From Minutocellus sp. GHC0000111 (lineage: Eukaryota), in assembly GCA_977018835.1 (NCBI GenBank), contig OZ361258.1, positions 4,216,001-4,280,000 on the forward strand: a stretch of 64,000 nucleotides of DNA, read 5' to 3'. The position numbers and the translations under genes were made by a program. Positions 45,346 through 55,663 of the stretch are shown here, piece by piece. The notes under the pieces were generated by a model. That model was not told the DNA's origin. It ran no database searches and saw only the letters and a list, made by a program, of their open reading frames with translations. The stretch's first letter is position 1; every line of letters begins with the position of its first letter.

Positions 45346-46193
45346 CTAAGTGGAAACACGAGAGTTGACGCGCTCATTGAATGTACGGTACTGAGCTTTG
45401 TTTGCAGTCAAATCTTTCTCGTACTTCTTGAACATTTTCTTATCATTCTCGGTGAGTCCAGGGATCTTGTAAATGTCCTTGACCGACTGGTATGGCCCGT
45501 TCGAGGCGATCTTACCCGCGGCGCTGGGATACATTCCCCTGTTCGAGTGGCAAAGGGAAAGTGAGGGAACAAGAAAGGGCACTGACATGAAAAATAAAAG
45601 TGCTGGACGAAGCTGGCCAACCGTGTAGATGCAACCAAGGGTGATGACTTGAGAACCTCATGATGAGGCTCGCTAAGAAGATCTTCGACAAAAAATCTGA
45701 ACTGTATGAAACCCTCATCAATCACTGCTTACCTGAACTGCATGTACTCATTCTAAGGCGGTAAAAGTGTTGGATAGAAATAATACATGATGTGGTAAAT
45801 GGGTGAGGGGAAGAGCCTTTCATCAGAAAGTAAGTCGCATCACCACGACTGCTCGATCACGACATGGAAAAGAGCCGGGCTACATTCCATTGAGCACGAC
45901 CAATTCGACGATTGACCACATAAAGATTCACTCACAATGGCAGCGTTGTTCACATCGACGCGATCACCGGTGGGCTGCTGAGCTGACACCACTTCATCTT
46001 CGATGAAGCCCCAATCAGAACCAATGCCGGCCTGCTTGGCAAGTGCCGGCTGCGCGGCGGCTGTGGCGGCCGCAATACCCAAGAGCACTTCACGACGGGT
46101 AGCCTCGAGCTTGGTGGCTGTGTGGACTGGTTTCTGCAGAGGAGCAAAGGCGGCAATGGTAGGGATGAGGCAGATAATGAGAGAGAGCTTCAT
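45346..46193 (-). CDS. psbU: Photosystem II extrinsic PsbU-like protein, 3 exons (46193-45936, 45752-45733, 45538-45346)
   Basis: IAAFAP plastid presequence, twin-Arg TRRE..ALA lumen signal. Spliced product reads RVDVNNAAINEYMQFRGMYPSAAGKIASNGPY. Confidence 0.85.
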
Positions 46194-46481
46194 GATTGTT
46201 GCTTAGTTTGGTGTTCGTTTGTTGGATAATGATTGCTTTGTGGCCTCTTTGCTCGAGTGATGGCCAGCAGAGAGGCGGAGCCAAAAATATAAAAGATCAA
46301 AAGTGAAAGATCTGCCCTTGACACGCATGTGCCTTCTCTCCGGGTTCCATGATGACACGGCCGAATTTGACGGACGAAAGCAGACGCAATCGATTTCATT
46401 CATCCTGCATGCATGCTTTTGAGCTCATTCTTCTTGACAATGGTCATAGCGTCATAGCCTCCCGCCTGATTAGTTCCAGGC

Positions 46482-47022
46482 ATGGTCCGTAGTGCCGAGG
46501 AGAGCGGCAAGCGAAGAAAAGTTGTGTATTTGGCCGTTTCAGCAGTGGTCCTCGCCATCGCAATTTATGCTGACTTTACCACAAGCTCGAGCAATGATGT
46601 ATTGCTGAGCGAGGAAAGTAACCGAGACCGGCACGTGGGGCATCATTTTTACCCGTCTTTACAACCCCCGTCTTCATTATAATCCTCATAGTTGGTATGT
46701 TTTCGCTCGGTTTTTGAGGGAGAAATGGGCGTCGGAGCATGAGGAGATGGGTGGCGTTTCATCAGCCTACTCGGTTTTCAACGACGGTGGCAAAACAATG
46801 GCGGGAGGGATGACGGCAAAAGAACTGGATGGGCAGCTCAGAGGTGGTCCTGTTGGAGGATACAGCGATGATGCAGGCGGCGATAACAGTCGTAGCAGCA
46901 ATATTGTGCGGCCACTACAACAGAGAAAGCCTTTGGTAGAAACACGAAAAGATGAAGGAGCCATTGATCGACAACGACGCGAACGAGCGGAGGCCGCTAT
47001 GAGGAGAATGAAGCAGTCTTGA
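46482..47022 (+). CDS. Small membrane protein, probably spliced
   Basis: TM segment in 46482..46682 and a hydrophilic C-terminus ending ERAEAAMRRM. Exon junction not resolved. Confidence 0.45.
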
Positions 47023-47265
47023 TCAAGCTTTCACTACACTCGATAGTGTATGATAGGCGATCGCATGGGCCAATGCCTCTAGGTGTTACCTGAAGATTTG
47101 AACCGATTGTATTTCAACTGCCACGTGCATTGCAGAATAGTAATTTGTCTCAAGAGAACCCCAGAACAAATGGCGTTACTACAATTAATTACGAAAACAT
47201 GTCGCTCCATTTTCCGATCCAATAAATTCATCGAAGTATCGAATCATAACTCACAGTTAGAAAGC

Positions 47266-47796
47266 TCACAGCATATCTTTCGTGCTCTTCATCAAGCGCC
47301 GTCTTTGGAATGTAACGTAAGCGAAGAATACTACTGCTGCCAACCCAATCGTCAGAGGTTTTCGAATATTTGTTGTTGCTCTTTCGTATGCGATGTCCCC
47401 TTTACCCACATTTACACCTCTCACCGTACGAGGAAGAGACCCCGGCGCTACCTTTCTCTTTACTTCGTTTCCTTTCAATGCTTTGGCAGTATCAGGAATA
47501 CTTTCCTTTGCTATCGGATCATTTGATTTCGCGCCTGATTTCCCTTCATCCATCGGCTCCAAGGGATCGTCATCATTTGCATTTTTGTCAGTACCAACAT
47601 GCACCGCATGGTTGCCACCCAAGTCTTTGTCGGCGAGTAACTTCTCTCCTTGCTTTCCTTCGGTTTGCACATCGTTTGGGTGCGTATCCTCAACTCGATG
47701 CCAACCTTGATGACTCTCCCATTCGGGGCGCACACCTCGATCTTCGGGAGGGTTCTCACTGATCACTTCGCGTACGAGCTCCTCCTCATCATCCAT
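47266..47796 (-). CDS. Uncharacterised protein with a C-terminal TM anchor (5' end uncertain)
   Basis: Acidic hydrophilic ORF followed by LTIGLAAVVFFAYVTF-QRRR. Confidence 0.55.
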   Translation of the reverse strand: MDDEEELVREVISENPPEDRGVRPEWESHQGWHRVEDTHPNDVQTEGKQGEKLLADKDLGGNHAVHVGTDKNANDDDPLEPMDEGKSGAKSNDPIAKESIPDTAKALKGNEVKRKVAPGSLPRTVRGVNVGKGDIAYERATTNIRKPLTIGLAAVVFFAYVTFQRRRLMKSTKDML

Positions 47797-48068
47797 TTTG
47801 TCGCCTCGCTTTTGTTAAAGAACCATGCGCTCATACGAGTTCCTACTACGAGATTGATATTCACGACTTTATGCACTTGTCTCTTGGCTCTCTCTCTCGG
47901 CTTGAGCGCGCGCTCGCGCCAAGATGCAAAGATGCCATCAAGCCATCAAGAAGTCATGCTCAAGCAAGATGCGATAAAATCTGTCCGTCAACCGGACACA
48001 ACCGATCTGTCCTTCAACCGGAACCACCACAGACTCAGTACGAGTAGGTCATAGGATTCCTATGAACA

Positions 48069-49133
48069 ATGACGAACGAAATTCCAACTACGATGAAGCG
48101 GCTGGTCGTCAAGGCACCAGGGGAAAATGTTGAGACATGCAAAATCGAGGTCGAATCGGTGCCCGTTCCTGAGCCCCGAAGTGGTGAGCTGCTGATCAAG
48201 GTGGTAGCGGCACCCATCAACCCCTCTGACTATGTCGAATGGTACAAATCGAACCCATCCAAGTATCCACTGCCAATGGGCAAGGAGGGTTGTGGCATTA
48301 TCGTCAAAAGAGGCGGTGGCTTGGCGACGTACCGCTTTTCCGTCGGTTCATGCGTTGGCTTTATCGGGCTCAAAGGAAAGCAGGGTTCGTATTCCGAGTA
48401 CATTACGATTGCCGCCACCGGTTGCTTTGCAATGCCCGATGATGTTCCAATTGAAGACTGTGCATCCTTTTTTATTAACCCATATACTGCCATTGGTATT
48501 ATTGACACTGCGAAGAATAAGGAGGGTAGCTCTGCATTCGTCCATACCGCTGCGGCCAGTCAATTGGGACAGATGATTGTGAAGCTAGCCCCACAAGAAG
48601 ATGTTACGGTGATCAATGTCGTGAGGAGAGACGAGCAGGCCGATATATTGAAGCAGCTCGGTGCGGAGCATATCGTCGTCACGGGCTCCAGTACAAATGA
48701 CGAAGACGTTGCCAAGTGGAAGGAGGAACTAAAGTCCAAAATCAAGGAGTTGGGTGCAACCTGTGCGTTTGATGCCGTATCAGGACGCATGACTGGCGAC
48801 CTTCTTGATTGTGTGCCCCCCAAGGGGACCGTATTTACATATGGCGGTCTGGCTGGTTTAGCAGGCAATATTGACCCATCGGATCTGATTTATCGCGAAA
48901 AAAAGCTGAAAGGATTCTTCTTGACGAGCTGGATCCAAGACGGGGGGATGATTAGTATGGTGCCTCGTATGCTCAAGGCATCAAGCAAGGTGAATGCCGG
49001 ATTGAAAGGACCAGATGGCTGGAGCAGTACACAATTCGAAGACACAACTCTGGAGAAGGCGCATGATTCCATCGTGGGCTTGCTGGGGAGCAGCATCACT
49101 GGGAAAAAGCTTCGCATTAGGTTTGACCAGTAG
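48069..49133 (+). CDS. MDR-family NADPH oxidoreductase (quinone/enoyl reductase-like)
   Basis: VVAAPINPSD, MGKEGCG, FFINPYTA, TAAASQLG, INVVRR and FDAVSG motifs. Confidence 0.9.
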   Translation: MTNEIPTTMKRLVVKAPGENVETCKIEVESVPVPEPRSGELLIKVVAAPINPSDYVEWYKSNPSKYPLPMGKEGCGIIVKRGGGLATYRFSVGSCVGFIGLKGKQGSYSEYITIAATGCFAMPDDVPIEDCASFFINPYTAIGIIDTAKNKEGSSAFVHTAAASQLGQMIVKLAPQEDVTVINVVRRDEQADILKQLGAEHIVVTGSSTNDEDVAKWKEELKSKIKELGATCAFDAVSGRMTGDLLDCVPPKGTVFTYGGLAGLAGNIDPSDLIYREKKLKGFFLTSWIQDGGMISMVPRMLKASSKVNAGLKGPDGWSSTQFEDTTLEKAHDSIVGLLGSSITGKKLRIRFDQ

Positions 49134-49294
49134 ATCTAGCTACGTAGCTGGAGCTGCGTGCAGCCTAGGAATTCTAATATCTTGAGGCATGACAATTTTT
49201 AATCTTATGTTCGTACAACGAATACGTAGACAAATTATCACATAGCGCCCTTCAAATTAGCTTTTCCTCTTGGGGGTGTTTCGTACAAGTAACC

Positions 49295-51133
49295 TCACGG
49301 TCCAAAACAGTGCATCTCTTCGTGCCCTCCGGGCAGGATCGGGTGGGGATTCCACACACCAAGAGCCCGCTCCCACAATTTGAGGCTGACGGGCAGGTTG
49401 GGGATATCGCTGGCATCACATGGCTTGCCGCCATTGGACAGCACCACGCAATGCGCCTCGCCCTTGCTCGGATCCTCGCGGATCCGCACCCTGCGGCGGC
49501 CCACGGACGATGCACGCCACGCCTCGTCACCGAAGGGGCCGTCGAGGATCGTATACACCAGCTCGAACGCGTCGCCTTCTGCACGGGCCTCGGCTAGCAT
49601 CCGACGCAGCTCGAGGGCCGGCACCGTGTACCGCACAAAGGGCTCCTCGCCCCGCTCGAAGGCCGGCGGGGGCAAAGCCCACGAGCCAAGGACTCGTCCC
49701 ATAGCAAAGTTGAACTGGCGTCCGGTGTGGTTGGAATCTCGGAGGACCTGGGTCGCCCGTGGAGTGATGACGCTGCTGATCTCGCCGGGGTAGAGGGCAT
49801 TGATGACCGACGACGTCGACGACTCGACGCGGACAATCTCACCGCTTACACGCAGGACGTTGGTCGGTACGAGCAGGTGGTTGCTCCCACCGAGCATCCG
49901 CAGATTGCCATACATGTTGGACGATCCGAGATCCTGGATACCAACTATCGGTCCTGCGAAGGCATGGAACCACGCTAAGGCAACGAGGCACGGCCCCAGG
50001 AGCGAGGAGTAGATCCCGTCCAGATTACTATTCGTAGAGTCTTTGCCCACGGCCTCAGTTTCGTTGCTGGTTGCATTCGTACTAGTAGTAGGCGTGGTTG
50101 GAAACCCCCCAATATCGTACACGAGACCCCGAAGCAGCACAGCGATCATGAGGACAAGAGTCGGGACGCTCCAGTCGAGTCCCCCGACGAACATGATGGA
50201 CATTTGGCCGGCCTCGCCCTCCGACGCCGCGGAACCGCTCCCCCCCGCAGCCGTCGCTCGGGCCGCACTGGACGTGACGGCTGTGGCGACGGCAAGGACG
50301 GCACCCAGTCCCCCGAGTCCTGTTAGACCGCGAGGAAAGCTGGTACTCACCGCCATGGCGTCGGGACTAAGAAATGCCGGCAACCGGGCCGCCATAATGA
50401 CCGAGAAGGCACCAATGTTGTTGGGAGGGGGCGTAACGGCGATGGCCAGGTGGAGGAGGAGGGCCAGGACGACGCCCAGGGGGGCGGCATATCTGCCCCC
50501 GCGGCCGGCCGCCGCCGCTACGAGCGCCAGGCTGAGGATGGCTTCGCCCGCGACTACCAGGACGGGCGCCAACGACACCGCGGCTGCCAAGTGATCTGGC
50601 GCGGCAAAGGCGAGGTCGGCGGGCAGGTAGGCCGCGAGGAGCTGGGCCATGTACGGCGACGTGCACGAGTACCGATGGTCGAGGAAGGACGTGTTGAGCT
50701 TGAAGAAGGCCGCCGACAGGTACCATCCGGCGAGCTGCCACCTCATTACGCGGCTGGTCTCCACGACGACCTCGCGCCGCTGACGGGGGGAAAGCGACAG
50801 CGAAGGTGACGAGATCATCCGAGCCAGGAGCGACAGGAGCAATGCCAGGTCCGTCTGGGCGCACCAGTACAGCGACTCCCACGCGTTCGGGAACACGGCC
50901 GCTGTATTGGCATAGATGCGGCACATGAGCGTAGCACAGAGTGCCAGAGGCCATGCCGCGCCGGTGAGGGCAGTGGCGATCAGGAGCGCCGCCTGCAGCC
51001 GATCGAACGGCGTGGCCAGCTGGGCGTAGGACAGGATGAGACCCTGCTGCAGGCACCAGATGAGCGACAGAGACGCAAGGGCGTCTCGTCCGCGCGGCAT
51101 GCTGCGATAACTAGCTAGCTGCGGCAGCACCAC
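49295..51133 (-). CDS. Polytopic membrane protein with an HTTM-like N-terminal region, GC-rich
   Basis: Many TM helices. YLSAAFFKLNTSFLD..SC and NMYGNLRM.GGSNHLLVPT motifs. Confidence 0.6.
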   Translation of the reverse strand: MVLPQLASYRSMPRGRDALASLSLIWCLQQGLILSYAQLATPFDRLQAALLIATALTGAAWPLALCATLMCRIYANTAAVFPNAWESLYWCAQTDLALLLSLLARMISSPSLSLSPRQRREVVVETSRVMRWQLAGWYLSAAFFKLNTSFLDHRYSCTSPYMAQLLAAYLPADLAFAAPDHLAAAVSLAPVLVVAGEAILSLALVAAAAGRGGRYAAPLGVVLALLLHLAIAVTPPPNNIGAFSVIMAARLPAFLSPDAMAVSTSFPRGLTGLGGLGAVLAVATAVTSSAARATAAGGSGSAASEGEAGQMSIMFVGGLDWSVPTLVLMIAVLLRGLVYDIGGFPTTPTTSTNATSNETEAVGKDSTNSNLDGIYSSLLGPCLVALAWFHAFAGPIVGIQDLGSSNMYGNLRMLGGSNHLLVPTNVLRVSGEIVRVESSTSSVINALYPGEISSVITPRATQVLRDSNHTGRQFNFAMGRVLGSWALPPPAFERGEEPFVRYTVPALELRRMLAEARAEGDAFELVYTILDGPFGDEAWRASSVGRRRVRIREDPSKGEAHCVVLSNGGKPCDASDIPNLPVSLKLWERALGVWNPHPILPGGHEEMHCFGP

Positions 51134-51780
51134 TCCACGATTAGCACTTCGTCAAGTTACTAGGAGGCACTTAGTCCTCCCCAGACACCAGCATGAGCTC
51201 GGCCTACCTCTTCCTCATGGGCTCGCTCTGCGCTCTGCTCCTCATTTTTGTTGAAATGCCGCGAAACGCTCGAATGACCGTCCGTCCGCCGTCCATTGGG
51301 AGGAAAAGGCCTTCCGGATCCACGAAGCCTACCTGCATGCAAGCGATGAGGAGAACATGAGAACGCTTTTGATGGGGGATCATAAAACTGACTGCAAGCA
51401 GACTGCAAGGAAGACACCACCGCGAAAGCAACATTATTATGGCGCGCGAGAATACCAGGTAAGATTATTTGATTCGAAGATATCAGTGGTGACTTGGTAT
51501 GGTGGTACCGCGGTGAAATACAATTGTAGATTCGATTCATGCGTGAACTGCTGTCATAAAGTCAAGCTACATGTAGTCGAAAAGTGCCAGAGAGCGAACG
51601 AAAGTATCAGTCAACTTTGGCCTCCATGTGCAGGATTTGTTCATGGACATTTTTTTGTGCTCACTGCTTACATGCACGTAATATCTGACCGACTCACTCA
51701 TGCTTACTTCTCGTTTCTCATTCGTTTCTCGTTTCTTCTCGTCTCGTTCTCGCTTTCTATTCTCTTTCATTTCTGATTCA

Positions 51781-52492
51781 GAGAATCACGTGCCGGGCTC
51801 GGCTGCACCGGTCTCTACATAATCGCCGCGTTTGGTCTAATTATATCCGCCGTAAGTTATTATATTATGCCTTGGTACATGTATTTGACTTTGCCCGGGC
51901 CCAACCTCCTTCTTATCAACTGGCTTCCTCTTGTTGAACTGTATTGCATGTGCCCAAACAAATGTAAATGCAGACCGTCCTGTGCAACTTTGTCAAGGTG
52001 ACCGGAACAGTAAACAGCGAAGTCGTATCGATTGCTCGCGGCATCTGGAAGGGCCAAGAGTTTGTGGATTCGCCGGGGTGTGCATCGTATTCCTCCATCC
52101 GCCTCGATACCAAGTGGAAATCTTCGCAAGCCATGTCCATCCTGGCCTCCTTCACAGCGATTTTGGCAACCTGGCCACTCGTGTGTGCCCGCGACAGGCA
52201 GCTGACCATGTCGACGGTCCTCAACATCGGTTCGAACTGCACCTGGTCCTGTCTCTGGTCCGGCTTGACACTGCTAATGCTCCGAAGTAACGCCTGCCAG
52301 GCGGCTGATCTGACCGACCCCAAGTGCGAACTTGATACCGGAGCAAAGTGCGCCATTGCCGCTACGGTCCTGTTCTTCATGGCCTCCATGGCGATTTCAT
52401 GTTCCATTGCCGTGGCTACCGTCGTTAAGGTGGCCGAGGCTGAGCAGGAGAAGCAGGCGGCTGCCGGAAAGGACGAGGAACAGGGCAAATAA
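51781..52492 (+). CDS. Claudin/tetraspan-like membrane protein, spliced (5' exons uncertain)
   Basis: DTKWKSSQAMSILA..LTLLMLRSNAC..CELDTGAKCAIAATVLFF. Intron GTAAGT at ~51852 to CAG at 51973. Confidence 0.55.
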
Positions 52493-52725
52493 TAAATGAG
52501 CGCGGAGCACTTTCACCCGCTGACAGAAAGGGAGGAATTGAATACGTGTAGGGATCCCCTGTAATGAAAAAATATGTCTGTTTTATACAATCAGTGCTAG
52601 GTCGTGGTTTTGCTACTTTTATCAAGCGCTTCCGAGAAATATTCGCGAAAAACACGCGCTTAATCACTGCCTAAAACTCAGGTCCGCCCGAATGAATGTG
52701 AAAACCCATCTGTGTTTGCCAGCAT

Positions 52726-53257
52726 CTATTGGTATTCCTCAGGTAACGTGAAGGTGCTCATGGTCTCCTGTCCTCGGCTGTCCTGATGCAATGCGCCGGT
52801 CAGCGGCATGTGATCCCAATGCAACTGCAGCTGGACGTCCTTCCCCCTCAGTTCATCGGCCTGATCGACCAGCGCATACTTGACGAAGAATGTTGTCCTG
52901 CTTCAACACCTTGGCATCGTCGGGGTCAGTCGCCTCCACGATTTTGTCCCACAGAATGATTTGATTCCGCGGATTGGTCTCGGTGGCATACTCGGCCACG
53001 ACATACACGAACAGCTGCTTGATGTTCCAGTGAAAGGCCGGTCGGAGGTCGGCATGAATGTCAAACGAGAGGAGGGCCCGGTCCACTCCGCCGTGCGATT
53101 TGAGCGATCGGAGGGTGTTGAGGCTGAGGTCGTGAATGATGGGCTTGGTCCGGTTGGAGTGGCCGTATTTGCTCAGTGCCGCCAGAATGGACAATCCCAA
53201 CAGGACGGTCAGACCGAAGAACACCACGGCATTTAATCGTACCCAAACAGTGTGCAT
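52726..53257 (-). CDS. SPCS3: Signal peptidase complex subunit 3 (SPC22/23); frameshift near 52888
   Basis: MHTVWVRLNAV..FHWNIKQLFVYVVAEY..NQIILWDKIV, then in a shifted frame FVKYALVDQ..LHWDHMPLTG..FTLPEEYQ*. Confidence 0.88.
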
Positions 53258-53664
53258 TGTATTGTAATTTTTAGCGTGCGTCGGGGGGGGGGGGTTGCGT
53301 TGCGTTGTTGAAGCAGGAGATGCTTGGGTAAACAGAATGGACGTGGTCAGCTGGAAGCGGACACACAGCACTGAGATGATCCGGAGCGTCAATTGATAAA
53401 GCGATGCTGGTTGCAATAGAGCAGGCTACTAGTACAGGTGGCAGCAGCAAACAGTAAACCGCCGCAATCAACATCGCATCGCGGCCATCGTTACTCGTAC
53501 AGGGGTCCCTGTACGAGGTCGTACGTTGCAACGTTTCTCTCAGATGATTCCGACGACGAAAAGACCAGTTCTTTCGTCCGTCCTTCCGTCGCCCTCATCG
53601 AGCCTTTTTGAAGACCAATACTCTCGGCCATAGTCATTTCGATTGCCCCAACACAAAAGCAAAT

Positions 53665-54186
53665 ATGCCGCACACCTGCACCGGAAAGACGCGAACAAGC
53701 CGCCCCGACAGCCGGCCCAACGCCAAGCGCCGAAAGAAGGAGCGAACAGCCGCCATGGAACGAGCCGACGTGCGCGACTTGCGTGCGACATCGATTCCCA
53801 AGCATCAGCAGAAGGAGCGTCGTGTAACGGGCGAATTGAAGAAGGAGCTACCTCCCGATGCCAAGAGGGCGAGACACTTGCAGAAACTTTTGCGGCAGAT
53901 TGAGGCATTGCAAGAGCGGAAGGAAAATGGAGAGAAGTTGGATGCTGCACAGTTGCAAAAGTTGGCGCGGATGGATGAAGTGGTGGCCGAGCTGGAGGAG
54001 TTATTTGGTGTTGATCTCGGAAGTAGCGACGAAGAGGATGAGGATGAGGTAGTGCAACAAAAAGCAGAGCATTCTGACAGCAATAGTGACGATGATGAGT
54101 CTGAATCCGACGGCGAAGAAGCAAACAGGAAGAAGATGATCAAAGTAAAGGAGAGCAAAAAGAAGAAAAAGAGCAAAGCGAAATAG
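53665..54186 (+). CDS. Small basic/acidic protein with a PYM/WIBG-like C-terminal coiled motif
   Basis: KRARHLQKLLRQIEALQERKENGEKLDAAQLQKLAR. Confidence 0.6.
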   Translation: MPHTCTGKTRTSRPDSRPNAKRRKKERTAAMERADVRDLRATSIPKHQQKERRVTGELKKELPPDAKRARHLQKLLRQIEALQERKENGEKLDAAQLQKLARMDEVVAELEELFGVDLGSSDEEDEDEVVQQKAEHSDSNSDDDESESDGEEANRKKMIKVKESKKKKKSKAK

Positions 54187-54245
54187 ATCGAGCTCATTCA
54201 AAGTAGGTTAATCATGTCCTCTATTTCATGTAAGTTCGCTAGATA

Positions 54246-55525
54246 CTAAACATCTAATCTTCGAGCACTCAACGCAGGTCCTTGCGGAGCTTCATCGATT
54301 GAACTCATGGCCTTGTTACTACTTGGCTTGGAGTCTCTTGGAGATTCATCTTCCTCACGTCCAGTGTCAGACAATGGCTTGGAGCCCTTGTCCTCCTTGA
54401 CATCATCGTCAACACTTGGTAGTGTCATTGCTGCATCTGATTCAGGTGTGCCGTATACCGCCCAAAATTCGGAATGGATCTTGTCTTCGTGACCTTTGTT
54501 CCAGGGTTTGTTCGGGCCGGACCAGTGCATGAGACAGACCTCATCGCGAAGTGCACCAGTATCGTCGACATTGACGTATCTCATCTTGACGTTCCAGCTC
54601 TTGGGCAAATGCTCAAAGTGAGTCTTGACGGCCAAGGCCAGCGGTGGTTGCGATCCGGTGTAGTACCAGTTCTGATATCGGTTGGCTAGGGTGATTTCTC
54701 GGATCTTGTCGGTGAGCTGTTGAGCTCTCCATCTGTTTGTTGAAAAGGTGAAGAAATGATGACCATAAAGCGACAGATCGAGACGTATGCTGCGAAAAGA
54801 AGAGCAAAAACTAAAGCACCAGCATCAAACTTACCTGTCCAATTGCATGAGATAAACGCCGGCGTTGAAGCTTATCTCCTCGTCGCCGTATATTCTTCTC
54901 CCACGTCCACTGAGGCCGATGGGATAACCCGTCCGCGGTACCGCCGCGACGGCAGGTAGGTTTAAAATGTCCCCACTGTGTGTTTCCTCCTCATCATTGA
55001 AGGTATTCTTGAATAATTGTACCACGTCGCACTGAACGATCGTGTCGGCGTCGATCCACATGGCCTTTGACTGCTTGGGCAACAACTCATGGACGACGAA
55101 CCGCACGTAGTTGGCCGGCTCCGTGTTCAACTCGGAGTTCTTGCCGGATCGAGCGTATGTAGGGTTCGTAAACTCTTCGAGTTTGTAGCGCTTGACGACC
55201 TGGGACAGCTTGCGGACCGCACCTGGGGCATGTCGTCCATCCCCGGCAGCGGCGTGTCGCCAATGTAGAGGAATTCGACCGGCCCGGATGCGTGCATGAG
55301 AACCGAACGGATGGAGGCCACGATGCCTGGCTGCTGTTCCTTGTCGGACGAGTATACCAGGACCGGACCGTGCCGTTGGGAGATGCTGCCACTGCTGCTG
55401 CCCAGGCCACCGCCTATTAACCTTCCGCTACTACTACGACCAAAGCCTAGGCCGCCATAAAAGAATCCGCCGGTAACACTGGCCACGAACAGGACAGCCC
55501 CGGCGGCTAGCTTTACATACAACAT
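54246..55525 (-). CDS. Glycosyltransferase family 8 protein (type II membrane); intron ~54714-54835 and frameshifts
   Basis: NYVRF..WIDADTIVQCD, SFNAGVYL, YTGSQPPL and LMHWSGPNKPW motifs. Confidence 0.8.
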
Positions 55526-55663
55526 TCGTATGAAATATTCTTTAACAAAAACTACCGTAGCTACATCAGATCCATTTACATGTAGATCTAGTCACTGGAA
55601 CACATCCATCCATCATGTGTCGTCAAAAAGTTTGCTAGATCTAGATCTAGCTAGATCTAGCTA

